A DNA stretch of 64,000 bases from Clostridia bacterium (GTDB lineage: Bacteria > Bacillota > Clostridia > Oscillospirales > CAG-272): NCBI GenBank assembly GCA_017621655.1, contig JAGASS010000027.1, forward strand, positions 1,719 through 65,718, given 5' to 3'. Position numbers and translations under genes: made by a program. The notes beneath the pieces were generated by a model. The model did no database searches. It was not told the origin of the DNA and saw nothing but the letters and a program-made list of their open reading frames with translations. Shown in pieces: positions 17,975-27,101 of this stretch; position 1 is the first letter of the stretch; each line of letters opens with the position of its first letter.

Positions 17975-18057
17975 GTATTGCGGGGCGTCGAGGTGAGGGG
18001 TTCCCTAAAACGAGTGAAGCGAGTTTTTGGGGTTCCCGAGGTTGTCGCCCCCTACAA
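17975..18057. repeat. Intergenic repeat family A, about 83-bp copy (inverted relative to 17680)
   Basis: GTATTGCGGGGCGTCGAGGTGAGGGGTTCCCTAAAACGAGTGAAGCGAGTTTTTGGGGTTCCCGAGGTTGTCGCCCCCTACAA, nearly identical to 50541-50622. Confidence 0.85.
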
Positions 18058-18094
18058 GATGTTGTTCAGCTTTTTGAGCGTCCAAACAGCGTGA

Positions 18095-18130
18095 TTAAAA
18101 TAAAAAGAACGCCTTTCGGCGTTCCTTTTA
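18095..18130. terminator. Intrinsic terminator (hairpin family copy 3), downstream of the M15B-like gene
   Basis: AAAAAGAACGCCTTTCGGCGTTCCTTTTATTTTTT. Confidence 0.7.
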
Positions 18131-18137
18131 TTTTTTA

Positions 18138-19259
18138 TTATTCCGCTGCCGTCGTTTCGGGAGCAGTAGTTTCAGGTGCGGGAGTTTCAAGCGGAGGACG
18201 TGTTCCGGTCTCAAGCGTGACCGTTACGATAAATCCGTTCATATTATCACCGCTTACCGTATAGGGACGGTTTTCAGGTACGGGAAGACGAAGTGTTCCC
18301 TCGTCGGGCGCTGCAACGTAATATACCATATAGGTGTTTCCGTCAGCGCATTTCAAGGTATATGCGTTAGACATTCCGACAAAGTCGGTCGAAAGCTTGG
18401 TAAGATACTCTTCAAGGCAGAGGTTATTCTTATACATATACTCTGCGTGAGGCATTCCAACGTAGCGAAGCTGCCACGGCTCTGCGTATCCGACGATCGA
18501 CTTTTTATTGTTAGGAGCGCGGAATATGAAGCCGTACTCGTGTGCGTGCGTTTTCAGCCACTGCGGCTCTTCCGCATTCGTGATATTTACCGTCTTCTGC
18601 GTCTCGGGATTATAACCCGTGAAGCGGAAGGTCGCACCGCTGTGCCAGTCACTTGCGCCGGCAGGTGTATCAGTCTGTCCCTTTTCAAAGAGGTTCTTCT
18701 GCGAATCGAAATCGTAATACGCCTTATTTATATTCAGATACGTATATCCCGTTACGAGATAGAAATCGTCCATCATATAATTGAGCGCATTTGCGGCATC
18801 GAGCTTAAGCTCGTGACCCCACTTAGAGAGCTGATATGCAGGGTACTTCGGCTGATGTTCCTTAAGAACAACGCGAAGACTGTCTTCCTTGAAGCCGTAC
18901 AGATACTGCTCGTTTATGAGCTGAAGAAGTCCGAGCTGAAGCGCATCTCTATCCTTATTTATAAAGGTGACCTTGACCTCGTTCGGATCCTCTGTGGTAT
19001 CGGTATTACCTCCGGTAGTATCGCCACCGCCTGTCGTATCTCCGCCTGTGCTCGAAGTCGGAGGATTTATATCGGTTTTTCCGCCGCCTTTTCTGTCGGC
19101 GAAAAGTCCTGTTCCCGTAACCGACATTATGAATATCACGACAAACGCGATAAGCACTGCCGTCATAACGAGCACGATCGTCGTGCGCAGCCAATCCGGC
19201 TGATTCGGTTTTTTATAGTTTCTTATCGGAGCGGAGCCGAAGCCGTTACCGTTGTTCAT
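18138..19259 (-). CDS. Membrane-anchored VanY/LdcB-like (peptidase M15B) protein with apparently substituted metal ligands
   Basis: It has an N-terminal TM helix, a GGDTTGG low-complexity linker, and C-terminal ...SDWHSGATFRF... and ...HAHEYGFIFR...GYAEPWQLRYVG. These align to the M15B SxHxxGxAxD and EPWHxRYVG motifs, but with W/R/Q at the His/Asp/His positions. Confidence 0.65.
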   Translation of the reverse strand: MNNGNGFGSAPIRNYKKPNQPDWLRTTIVLVMTAVLIAFVVIFIMSVTGTGLFADRKGGGKTDINPPTSSTGGDTTGGGDTTGGNTDTTEDPNEVKVTFINKDRDALQLGLLQLINEQYLYGFKEDSLRVVLKEHQPKYPAYQLSKWGHELKLDAANALNYMMDDFYLVTGYTYLNINKAYYDFDSQKNLFEKGQTDTPAGASDWHSGATFRFTGYNPETQKTVNITNAEEPQWLKTHAHEYGFIFRAPNNKKSIVGYAEPWQLRYVGMPHAEYMYKNNLCLEEYLTKLSTDFVGMSNAYTLKCADGNTYMVYYVAAPDEGTLRLPVPENRPYTVSGDNMNGFIVTVTLETGTRPPLETPAPETTAPETTAAE

Positions 19260-19279
19260 ATAATTTCCCTTTCAGGTGA

Positions 19280-20374
19280 TTATTTGTAGTTGGAAATGCT
19301 CTCGGAGATCTTAAGAAGCTTCTGAACCTCTTTCGTTCTCATATCGCAGAATTCCTTCATCTCTGCCTGTCTCTCGGGAGAGTAGTTCTTAAGTGCCTCG
19401 GGAGCAGACATACCGGGAGTAAAGGTGCTCTTATAGAGCTTATCGATAACGATAGCTTCCTGAATATCGGTTGCTACCATCTCGCCGTCGCGCTCGCAGA
19501 CGAACACGTTTTCCTTGCCATCAAGGAGAAAGTCAACAGCCGCAACACCCATCTTTGCCGCAAGAACGCGGTCACGGAGCGTAGGTGAGCCGCCGCGGAC
19601 GATATGTGCAAGACGCGCGAACTTGGTCTCAACACCGGTCTCGGACTGGATGCGCTTAGCAAATCCCTCTGCGTAGTTATCAACGCCCTCTGCTACGATG
19701 ACGATGAAGTTACGCTTGCCTGCCTCGCGTGCGACCTTGATCTTCTCAATTACGTTTGCTTCATTATAATTTGCGTCCTCGAGAACGACGACTGCCGTTG
19801 CGCCGAGCGCGATAGAGGTCTCAAGTGCGATATAGCCCGCGTTTCTTCCCATGACCTCTACGACGTTACATCTTGCGTGAGACTCGCAGGTGTCACGGAG
19901 ACGGTCAACCGCCTCGATTACGGTATTCATTGCCGTATCGTAGCCGATAGAGTTATCGGTACAGGTAATGTCGTTATCGATCGTTCCGGGGATACCGATA
20001 CAGGGGATACCGTGCTTACAGAGATCGGACGCGCCTCTAAAGGTGCCGTCGCCGCCGATGGTTACGATACCGTCGATGCCAAACTCGTGGCAGGTATCAA
20101 CTGCCTTCTGAATGTACTCTTCCTGCTTGAACTCAACGCAACGTGCCGAGTAAAGAACGGTACCGCCGATATTAATGATGTTCGCTACATCGTGGGGAGC
20201 GAACTTCTTGATGCTTCCCTTTCCTTCGATAAGACCCTTGTAGCCCTCGTAGATTCCGTAGACCTCAAGGCCCTTATTAAGAGCGTATCTCGTTACGGCT
20301 CTGACTGCCGCGTTCATTCCGGGAGCGTCGCCTCCGGAGGTCAGGATTCCTATTTTCTTAAACTGCTTTGCCAT
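19280..20374 (-). CDS. pfkA: ATP-dependent 6-phosphofructokinase
   Basis: IGILTSGGDAPGMNAAVRAV, IGGDGTFRGA, GIPGTIDND and MGRNAGYIAL. Confidence 0.9.
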   Translation of the reverse strand: MAKQFKKIGILTSGGDAPGMNAAVRAVTRYALNKGLEVYGIYEGYKGLIEGKGSIKKFAPHDVANIINIGGTVLYSARCVEFKQEEYIQKAVDTCHEFGIDGIVTIGGDGTFRGASDLCKHGIPCIGIPGTIDNDITCTDNSIGYDTAMNTVIEAVDRLRDTCESHARCNVVEVMGRNAGYIALETSIALGATAVVVLEDANYNEANVIEKIKVAREAGKRNFIVIVAEGVDNYAEGFAKRIQSETGVETKFARLAHIVRGGSPTLRDRVLAAKMGVAAVDFLLDGKENVFVCERDGEMVATDIQEAIVIDKLYKSTFTPGMSAPEALKNYSPERQAEMKEFCDMRTKEVQKLLKISESISNYK

Positions 20375-20610
20375 TGTTATTCTCCTTTATGCCTTCGGGC
20401 AAATAATATTATTTCCAAATCATAGATATAATAATACATTTTCTGTAAAAAATCAATATAAAATGTGTAAATAATACCTTCCAAAAGTAAAACTCCGCGG
20501 CAAACGAAAGTTTACAATATAGTATAATTACCAAATTACCCTCATTTGACCGCAATTTATTCTCAAAAAATGTGCAGTCTGCCGAAAATACAGTATAAAT
20601 GAATATCTTA

Positions 20611-20639
20611 TTGACAAAAATTAAAAAAGGTTGTAAAAT
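20611..20639 (+). promoter_or_regulatory. Candidate sigma-A promoter of the str operon
   Basis: TTGACA (20611-20616), a 17-nt spacer, then an extended -10 TGTAAAAT (TAAAAT at 20634-20639). Confidence 0.55.
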
Positions 20640-20702
20640 AGACTATGTCTGGTAAAATGCTTATCCGACGACAAACAAATACTAAAGAAAAGGAGGTGCG
20701 GT

Positions 20703-21116
20703 ATGCCAACTTTTAACCAGCTCGTTAAGCACGGCCGCTCGGAAAAGAACTACAAGTCGAAGGCCCCTGTTCTTCAGCACGGATTCAACACTCTTTCCGG
20801 AAAGCAGACCGATCTTAGCTCCCCGCAAAAGAGAGGCGTTTGCACAAAGGTAACCACCACGAGCCCTAAGAAGCCTAACTCTGCTCTTCGTAAGATAGCG
20901 AGAGTACGTCTTACCAACGGTCTCGAGGCAACGACTTATATCCCCGGTATCGGACATAACCTTCAGGAACACTCGGTTGTCCTTATCCGCGGAGGAAGAG
21001 TACGTGACCTCCCCGGTGTACGTTACCACATCATTCGCGGTGCGCTTGACGCTCAGGGCGTTGCAAACCGTAAGCAGAGCCGTTCCAAGTACGGCGCTAA
21101 GAGAGGTAAGAAGTAA
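20703..21116 (+). CDS. rpsL: 30S ribosomal protein S12
   Basis: [12 protein letters not shown]...[10 protein letters not shown]...[15 protein letters not shown]. Confidence 0.95.
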   Translation: MPTFNQLVKHGRSEKNYKSKAPVLQHGFNTLSGKQTDLSSPQKRGVCTKVTTTSPKKPNSALRKIARVRLTNGLEATTYIPGIGHNLQEHSVVLIRGGRVRDLPGVRYHIIRGALDAQGVANRKQSRSKYGAKRGKK

Positions 21117-21278
21117 TTCTAACTCTCATCTCGACCGCCGAAAGGTGATATTGTTCGGCGGAGATCGTTTGTTTGTCAGTTGAGAATATATATTATTCCG
21201 ATATCTGACGAGCACAAACGAAGAAATTTATTTTCGAGTACCTGTGATATCATATTATTAATGAAGGAGGGAAGTACA

Positions 21279-21749
21279 GTGCCGAGAAGAGGTCAGATAT
21301 CAAAAAGAGACGTCCTGCCGGATCCGCTTTACAATTCCAAGCTTGTTACCAAGCTTATCAACAACGTAATGCTCGACGGTAAGAAGGGCGTTGCACAGAA
21401 GATCGTCTACGACGCATTTAAGGTTGTTGAGGAGAAGTCGGGAAAGAATGCTCTTGAAGCGTTCACTACCGCACTCGATAACATTATGCCCGTTCTTGAA
21501 GTTAAGGCAAGACGTGTAGGCGGTTCTACCTATCAGGTTCCTATGGACGTTCGCCCCGAGAGACGTCAGACTCTTGGACTCCGTTGGCTCGTAACTTATT
21601 CGAGAAGCCGCGGTGAGAAGACCATGGCAGACCGTCTTGCTGCTGAGATCGTTGATGCTATAAACGGCGTCGGCGGAGCAGTCAAGAAGCGCGAGGAAAC
21701 GCACAGAATGGCAGAAGCCAACAAGGCGTTCGCTCACTACAAGTATTGA
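21279..21749 (+). CDS. rpsG: 30S ribosomal protein S7
   Basis: (V)[35 protein letters not shown]... The GTG at 21279 sits behind a GAAGGAGGG RBS. The track extension to 21180 is rejected. Confidence 0.92.
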   Translation: MPRRGQISKRDVLPDPLYNSKLVTKLINNVMLDGKKGVAQKIVYDAFKVVEEKSGKNALEAFTTALDNIMPVLEVKARRVGGSTYQVPMDVRPERRQTLGLRWLVTYSRSRGEKTMADRLAAEIVDAINGVGGAVKKREETHRMAEANKAFAHYKY

Positions 21750-21797
21750 TGATTTGTTGATTCCGATAGAATTCGGAATAAGATTAAGGAGAATCAA

Positions 21798-23870
21798 ATG
21801 CCAAGAGAATACCCTTTGGAAAGAACCAGAAACATCGGTATCATGGCGCACATCGACGCAGGTAAGACTACTACCACCGAGCGTATCCTGTTCTACACAG
21901 GTAAGACCCATAAGATGGGTGAAACGCACGACGGCGGTGCTACCATGGACTGGATGGCTCAGGAGCAGGAGCGCGGAATCACCATCACCTCCGCGGCTAC
22001 CACCTGTTTCTGGAAGGACAACCGAATCAATATCATAGACACCCCCGGACACGTTGACTTCACCGTTGAAGTTGAGCGTTCGCTTCGTGTTCTTGACGGT
22101 TCGGTTACCGTTTTCTGCGCTAAGGGCGGTGTTGAGCCACAGTCCGAGACCGTTTGGCGTCAGGCCGATCAGTACGGCGTTCCCCGCATGGCGTATGTAA
22201 ACAAGATGGACGTTATGGGCGCAGACTTCTACCGTGTCGTTGACATGATGAAGACCCGCCTTAAGACAAATCCCGTTCCGATTCAGCTTCCTATAGGTTC
22301 TGAGGATACCTTCAAGGGTATCATCGACCTTATGAACATGGAAGCAGACGTATATTACGACGATATGGGTAAGGACATGCGTGTCGAGCCCATTCCGGCT
22401 GATATGCTTGATAAGGCGCAGGAATATCACGATGCAATGGTAGAAGCAATCGCTGCTACCGACGATGACCTTATGATGATGTACCTTGAGGGCGAGGAGA
22501 TCCCCGTCGAAGATCTCAAGGCAGCTCTCCGCAAGGCGACCATCGCAAACCAGCTCGTTCCCGTTTGCTGCGGAACCTCTTATAAGAATAAGGGAGTACA
22601 GAAGCTCCTCGATGCTGTCATCGACTTCATGCCCTCTCCTCTCGACATTCCCGCTATCAAGGGTGTAAACCCCGATACCGACGAGCCCGACGAGAGAAAG
22701 GCATCCGATGACGAGCCCTTCGCAGCACTCGCATTTAAGATCATGACCGACCCGTTCGTTGGAAAGCTTTGCTTCTTCCGCGTTTACTCGGGAACCCTTG
22801 AAGCAGGTATGACTGCTTACAACCCCGAGAAGAAGTCGAGAGAGCGTTTCGGCCGTATTCTTCAGATGCACGCTAACGAGCGTAAGGATATTGATAAGGT
22901 TTATGCAGGCGACATCGCAGCACTTATCGGTACCAAGAATACCACTACCGGTGACACCCTCTGTGACGAGAATCATCCTATCATTCTCGAGCAGATGGTA
23001 TTCCCCGATCCCGTTATTAACGTAGCTATCGAGCCGAAGACCAAGGCAGGTCAGGAAAAGATGGGTATCGCCCTTGCGAAGCTCGCAGAGGAAGACCCCA
23101 CGTTCCGTACCCACACTGACGAGGAAACCGGACAGACGATCATCGCAGGTATGGGCGAGCTCCACCTCGAGATCATCGTTGACCGTCTCCTTCGTGAGTT
23201 CAAGGTCGAGGCAAACGTAGGTGCGCCTCAGGTTTCCTACAAGGAGACCATCCGTCAGGAAGCTACCGTCGATACCAAGTATGCCCGTCAGTCGGGTGGT
23301 AAGGGTCAGTACGGTCACGTTAAGCTCACTATCTCCCCGAACGAGCCCGGTGCAGGCTACGTCTTTGAGAATACCGTCGTCGGCGGTGCTATTCCGAAGG
23401 AATACATCCCCGCTGTTGACGCAGGTATCCAGGGCGCTATGCAGAACGGTGTAGTTGCAGGTTATAGCGTTGTTGACGTTAAGGTTAACCTCTTCGACGG
23501 TTCTTACCACGAAGTCGACTCTTCCGAAATGGCATTCAAGATCGCCGGCTCTATGGCGTTCAAGGAAGCTATGAGAAAGGCAGACCCCGTGCTCACCGAG
23601 CCGATCATGAAGGTCGTTATCACTACTCCCGACGACTACATGGGCGACGTAATCGGCAGCGTTAACTCCCGCCGCGGTAACATCGTTTCGATGGATCCCG
23701 TTGCAGGTGCTACCCAGATCACCGCTCACGTTCCGCTTTCCGAAATGTTCGGATATGCAACCAACCTCCGCTCCATGACTCAGGGACGCGGAAACTACTC
23801 GATGGAGCCCAGCCACTTCGCAGAAGTGCCGAAGTCCATCCAGGAAAAGATCATTGCCGGCAGAAAGTAA
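21798..23870 (+). CDS. fusA: Translation elongation factor G
   Basis: [29 protein letters not shown] and NKMD, at full EF-G length. Confidence 0.95.
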   Translation: MPREYPLERTRNIGIMAHIDAGKTTTTERILFYTGKTHKMGETHDGGATMDWMAQEQERGITITSAATTCFWKDNRINIIDTPGHVDFTVEVERSLRVLDGSVTVFCAKGGVEPQSETVWRQADQYGVPRMAYVNKMDVMGADFYRVVDMMKTRLKTNPVPIQLPIGSEDTFKGIIDLMNMEADVYYDDMGKDMRVEPIPADMLDKAQEYHDAMVEAIAATDDDLMMMYLEGEEIPVEDLKAALRKATIANQLVPVCCGTSYKNKGVQKLLDAVIDFMPSPLDIPAIKGVNPDTDEPDERKASDDEPFAALAFKIMTDPFVGKLCFFRVYSGTLEAGMTAYNPEKKSRERFGRILQMHANERKDIDKVYAGDIAALIGTKNTTTGDTLCDENHPIILEQMVFPDPVINVAIEPKTKAGQEKMGIALAKLAEEDPTFRTHTDEETGQTIIAGMGELHLEIIVDRLLREFKVEANVGAPQVSYKETIRQEATVDTKYARQSGGKGQYGHVKLTISPNEPGAGYVFENTVVGGAIPKEYIPAVDAGIQGAMQNGVVAGYSVVDVKVNLFDGSYHEVDSSEMAFKIAGSMAFKEAMRKADPVLTEPIMKVVITTPDDYMGDVIGSVNSRRGNIVSMDPVAGATQITAHVPLSEMFGYATNLRSMTQGRGNYSMEPSHFAEVPKSIQEKIIAGRK

Positions 23871-23935
23871 GTCGGTTCTGATATAAAAAACAAAAACAAA
23901 AAAATTAAATTTTTATTAAACGGAGGATAATAACA

Positions 23936-25138
23936 ATGGCAAAGGCAAAATTTGAAAGAACCAAACCCCATGTTAATATCGGTACCATCGGTCACGTTGA
24001 CCATGGCAAGACCACCCTTACCGCAGCTATCACCAAGTATCTTTCTCTCGTAAACGGAGCAGAGTTCATGGCTTATGACCAGATCGACAACGCTCCCGAG
24101 GAAAGAGCTCGTGGTATCACAATCAACACCCGTCACGTTGAGTACGAGACCGCTAACCGTCACTACGCTCACGTTGACTGCCCCGGACATGCTGACTACG
24201 TTAAGAACATGATCACCGGTGCTGCTCAGATGGACGGCGCAATCCTCGTTGTTGCAGGTACTGACGGCCCTCTCGCTCAGACCCGCGAGCACGTTCTTCT
24301 CGCTCGTCAGGTTGAAGTTCCGCAGCTTGTTGTATTCATGAACAAGACCGACCTCGTTGACGACGCTGAGCTTCTCGACCTCGTTGAGATGGAAATTCGT
24401 GACCTTCTCTCTTCCTACGACTTCGACGGTGACAATGTACCGATCGTTCGTGGTTCCGCTCGTGACGCTCTTACCTCTACAAACACCGATCCTTCGGCTC
24501 CCGAGTATGCATGCATTGCTGAGCTTATGGACGCTGTTGACAGCTACATTCCTACCCCTGAGCGTGGTGCAGACCTTCCCTTCCTTATGCCTGTAGAGGA
24601 CGTATTCTCTATCTCCGGCCGTGGTACTGTTGCTACCGGTCGTGTTGAGAGAGGTACTGTTAAGGTTGGTGACGTTGTTGAGATCGTTGGTCTTTCCGAT
24701 GAGAAGAAGAACACCACCGTTACCGGTGTAGAAATGTTCCACAAGCTCATGGATCAGGCAGAAGCAGGCGACAACATCGGTGCTCTTCTCCGTGGTATCG
24801 CTAAGAACGAGATCGAAAGAGGTCAGGTTCTCTGCAAGCCCGGTACTGTTCAGCCCCACACCAAGTTCTCCGGTAACGTATACGTACTTACCGAGAAGGA
24901 AGGCGGACGTTCCAAGCCCTTCTTCCCCGGCTACCGTCCTCAGTTCTACTTCAGAACTACTGACGTTACCGGTACTATCGGCCTTCCCGCAGACGTTGAG
25001 ATGTGCCGCCCCGGCGATAACGTTGTTATGAACGTTGAGCTCATCACTCCTATCGCTATCGAAAAGGGACTTCGTTTCGCTATCCGTGAGGGTGGTAGAA
25101 CTGTTGGTTCCGGTGTCGTTACCGAGATCAACGCTTAA
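23936..25138 (+). CDS. tuf: Translation elongation factor Tu
   Basis: [36 protein letters not shown] and NKTD. Confidence 0.97.
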   Translation: MAKAKFERTKPHVNIGTIGHVDHGKTTLTAAITKYLSLVNGAEFMAYDQIDNAPEERARGITINTRHVEYETANRHYAHVDCPGHADYVKNMITGAAQMDGAILVVAGTDGPLAQTREHVLLARQVEVPQLVVFMNKTDLVDDAELLDLVEMEIRDLLSSYDFDGDNVPIVRGSARDALTSTNTDPSAPEYACIAELMDAVDSYIPTPERGADLPFLMPVEDVFSISGRGTVATGRVERGTVKVGDVVEIVGLSDEKKNTTVTGVEMFHKLMDQAEAGDNIGALLRGIAKNEIERGQVLCKPGTVQPHTKFSGNVYVLTEKEGGRSKPFFPGYRPQFYFRTTDVTGTIGLPADVEMCRPGDNVVMNVELITPIAIEKGLRFAIREGGRTVGSGVVTEINA

Positions 25139-25165
25139 TCTTAGTTAATTTTAATTAAGACCCTT

Positions 25166-25204
25166 AAAAGCCCCAAACGCCCTTAAGGGTGTTTGGGGCT
25201 TTTG
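25166..25204 (+). terminator. Intrinsic terminator of the str operon
   Basis: AAAAGCCCCAAACGCCCTTAAGGGTGTTTGGGGCTTTT. Confidence 0.8.
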
Positions 25205-25214
25205 TATTTATTTT

Positions 25215-25535
25215 TTCGCATTTCTTTGCCCACGCAAAGAAACGCTCGCAAAGAAACGTGCCAAGGAGACAACCGATAAAAATGCGTACGCATTTTTATA
25301 CGTTTTCTCCTTTGGAAACCTCTTTCGATAGACGGTGACTCGGAAGGTTTATCAATAGAGGCATAGCGTATCAGAGCGTTTTAAACTTTTTACAACGAAG
25401 CAGATCTCCCTTTAATGAAAGGGGATTCCAAAGGGGAAAACGTGTGCAGAATTTTGCGTAGGCAAAATTCAAACCCGTTGTCTCCTTGGTGCCGTTCTTT
25501 GGTCACCTTTCTTGGGCAAGCAAGAAAGGTGAGAA
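25215..25535. repeat. About 320-bp imperfect palindrome (foldback-type intergenic element)
   Basis: The outer arms are ...GTGCCAAGGAGACAAC (to 25273) and GTTGTCTCCTTGGTGC... (from 25478). The inner arms are CGTTTTCTCCTTTGGAAACC (25301-25320) and GGATTCCAAAGGGGAAAACG (25422-25441). The centre is near 25375. Confidence 0.7.
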
Positions 25536-25541
25536 TAAAAA

Positions 25542-25700
25542 ATCTTTTTGGGGCGTGGTGAGATTCCACACCGGCGGTGACAGTCCGCGAACACTTATGT
25601 GCCGAATGGGTGAAATTCCCATACCGACGGTATAGTCCGGATGAGAAAAGAGAGCCGTGCTTTGCGTCCCCTTTTGTCGACGCGAAGCTTTTTCTTTTCG
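25542..25700 (+). promoter_or_regulatory. FMN riboswitch (RFN element) with expression platform
   Basis: GGGGCGTGGTGAGATTCCACACCGGCGGTGACAGTCCGCGA...GGGTGAAATTCCCATACCGACGGTATAGTCCGGATGAGAAAAGAGAG matches the RFN core. It lies directly upstream of ribU. Confidence 0.85.
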
Positions 25701-25717
25701 CAAGAAAGGATAAAACT

Positions 25718-26284
25718 ATGAAAAACAACAGAAAATCAAGCAAGAAAAATCCGACAAAAAAGCTTGTAGTGCTTGCACTTTTTACTGCGCTCGCGTACAT
25801 AGTCAGCTTTTTGTCGTTTCCGATATTCCCAGCCGCACCTTTTTTGAAGCTCGACTTCGGAAACGTGTTTATAATGCTTTCGGGATTTCTTTTCGGTCCG
25901 TTTGAAGCAATCGCCGTCGCGCTCGTCAAGGAATTGCTTGCGCTGATCGGAACAACGACGGGCGGCGTCGGTCAGATCGCGGATTTCCTTATGACAAGCT
26001 CGTTTGTGATCCTCCCGTCGATTCTTTACAAGTACCGAAAGGGACTGAAGAGCGTCGCCCTTTCGCTTTGCGGCGCGTGCGTTATAGGTACCGTGACTGC
26101 GGCACTTGTCAACAGATTCATTACTTTCCCACTATACATGGGACCTGCCGCGCCTGCAGTTTTCGGCTCGCTCGTCTGGTACGTCGTCGGTTTCAATATT
26201 CTGAAGACCGTGTCGATAAGCATTATAACCGTGTTGCTCTATAAGCGTCTGTCAAGGTTTTTGACCGAGTTTGGGGCGAAATAA
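25718..26284 (+). CDS. ribU: ECF-type riboflavin transporter S component
   Basis: A multi-TM protein with ...PFLKLDFGNVFIMLSGFLFGP... downstream of the FMN riboswitch. ATG 25718 is preferred; the track start at 25577 lies inside the riboswitch. Confidence 0.75.
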   Translation: MKNNRKSSKKNPTKKLVVLALFTALAYIVSFLSFPIFPAAPFLKLDFGNVFIMLSGFLFGPFEAIAVALVKELLALIGTTTGGVGQIADFLMTSSFVILPSILYKYRKGLKSVALSLCGACVIGTVTAALVNRFITFPLYMGPAAPAVFGSLVWYVVGFNILKTVSISIITVLLYKRLSRFLTEFGAK

Positions 26285-26286
26285 TT

Positions 26287-26895
26287 ATGAATGCTGAATA
26301 TAAAATAAATGGCGAGGTCATTGAGACCGATCGGCTTATTTTGCGTGCTTTTCAACAGTCCGACCTCGACGACTTTTTCGAATACGCATCGGTCGAGGGT
26401 GTCGGCGAGATGGCGGGTTGGCGTCATCACGAAAGCAAGGACAAGAGCCAAGATATTCTCAACCGTTTTATCGAGGAAGACAAGACCTTTGCCATTTGCT
26501 TAAAGGAAAGCGGTAAGGTCATCGGCTCGCTCGGCATCGAAAAATACGGAATGGAAGAAGCGCTGACCGAGTTTGACGGTTATCGCGGACGTGAGCTCGG
26601 CTACGTGCTTGCCAAGGATCATTGGGGCAAGGGTATAATGACTGAAGCCGTCAGTGCAGTCATAGACTTTCTGCTTAATGAGCTTGACCTCGATTTTCTT
26701 ACCTGCGGATATTACGATTTCAACAGCCGTTCCGCGCGCGTTCAGGAAAAATGCGGCTTCAAGCCGTACAGAAAGCTTGTTATGGAAACGCGTCTCGGCA
26801 CGAAAGAGCCGGGCGTACTGAATCTTCTGATTAATCCGAGCAAGAAGATCACTTTCAAATTTTCGCATCCCGAAACTTTGATATATGAGGGATGA
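26287..26895 (+). CDS. GNAT-family N-acetyltransferase (RimJ/RimL-like)
   Basis: TDRLILRAF...D...F, IGSLGI...GYVLAKDHWGKGIMTEA and N.RSARVQEKCGF. Confidence 0.8.
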   Translation: MNAEYKINGEVIETDRLILRAFQQSDLDDFFEYASVEGVGEMAGWRHHESKDKSQDILNRFIEEDKTFAICLKESGKVIGSLGIEKYGMEEALTEFDGYRGRELGYVLAKDHWGKGIMTEAVSAVIDFLLNELDLDFLTCGYYDFNSRSARVQEKCGFKPYRKLVMETRLGTKEPGVLNLLINPSKKITFKFSHPETLIYEG

Positions 26896-26908
26896 TTAAC
26901 TGCAGCAC

Positions 26909-27033
26909 CCGTAGGGGCGACCCTTGGGAACCCCCAAAGCTCATTGCATTCGCTTCGGGGAACCCCGATATTGGTCGCCCGCGCGAAAACGATGTAACAT
27001 CACGTCCAAACGGGGCGTCGAGGACGTCGGCAC
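26909..27033. repeat. Intergenic repeat family A copy
   Basis: CCGTAGGGGCGACCCTTGGGAACCCCCAAAGCTCATTGCATTCGCTTCGGGGAACCCC...CGCGCGAAAACGATGTAACATCACGTCCAAACGGGGCGTCGAGGACGTCGGCACC is collinear with 17680-17780. Confidence 0.8.
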
Positions 27034-27060
27034 CTATGATGAATTTTCAAGATCCATAAC

Positions 27061-27090
27061 AAAAATCCTGCCTTTCGGCAGGATTTTTTC
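27061..27090. terminator. Bidirectional intrinsic terminator
   Basis: AAAAATCCTGCCTTTCGGCAGGATTTTTTC. Confidence 0.75.
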
Positions 27091-27101
27091 CTTATCGGAA
27101 T

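Noticed and set aside
17680-18057. The possibility that the dispersed repeats form a CRISPR array.
   Set aside because: The copies are not regularly spaced. They occur in both orientations at distant loci, are 80-220 bp long, and no cas genes are present.
21300-24859. Very long antisense ORFs opposite fusA (838 aa, 21300-23816) and tuf (354 aa, 23795-24859).
   Set aside because: They lie exactly antisense to unmistakable EF-G and EF-Tu genes. Their translations are low-complexity (V/G/L/S/D/N-rich) with no motifs. They are a codon-bias artefact that suppresses stops on the opposite strand.
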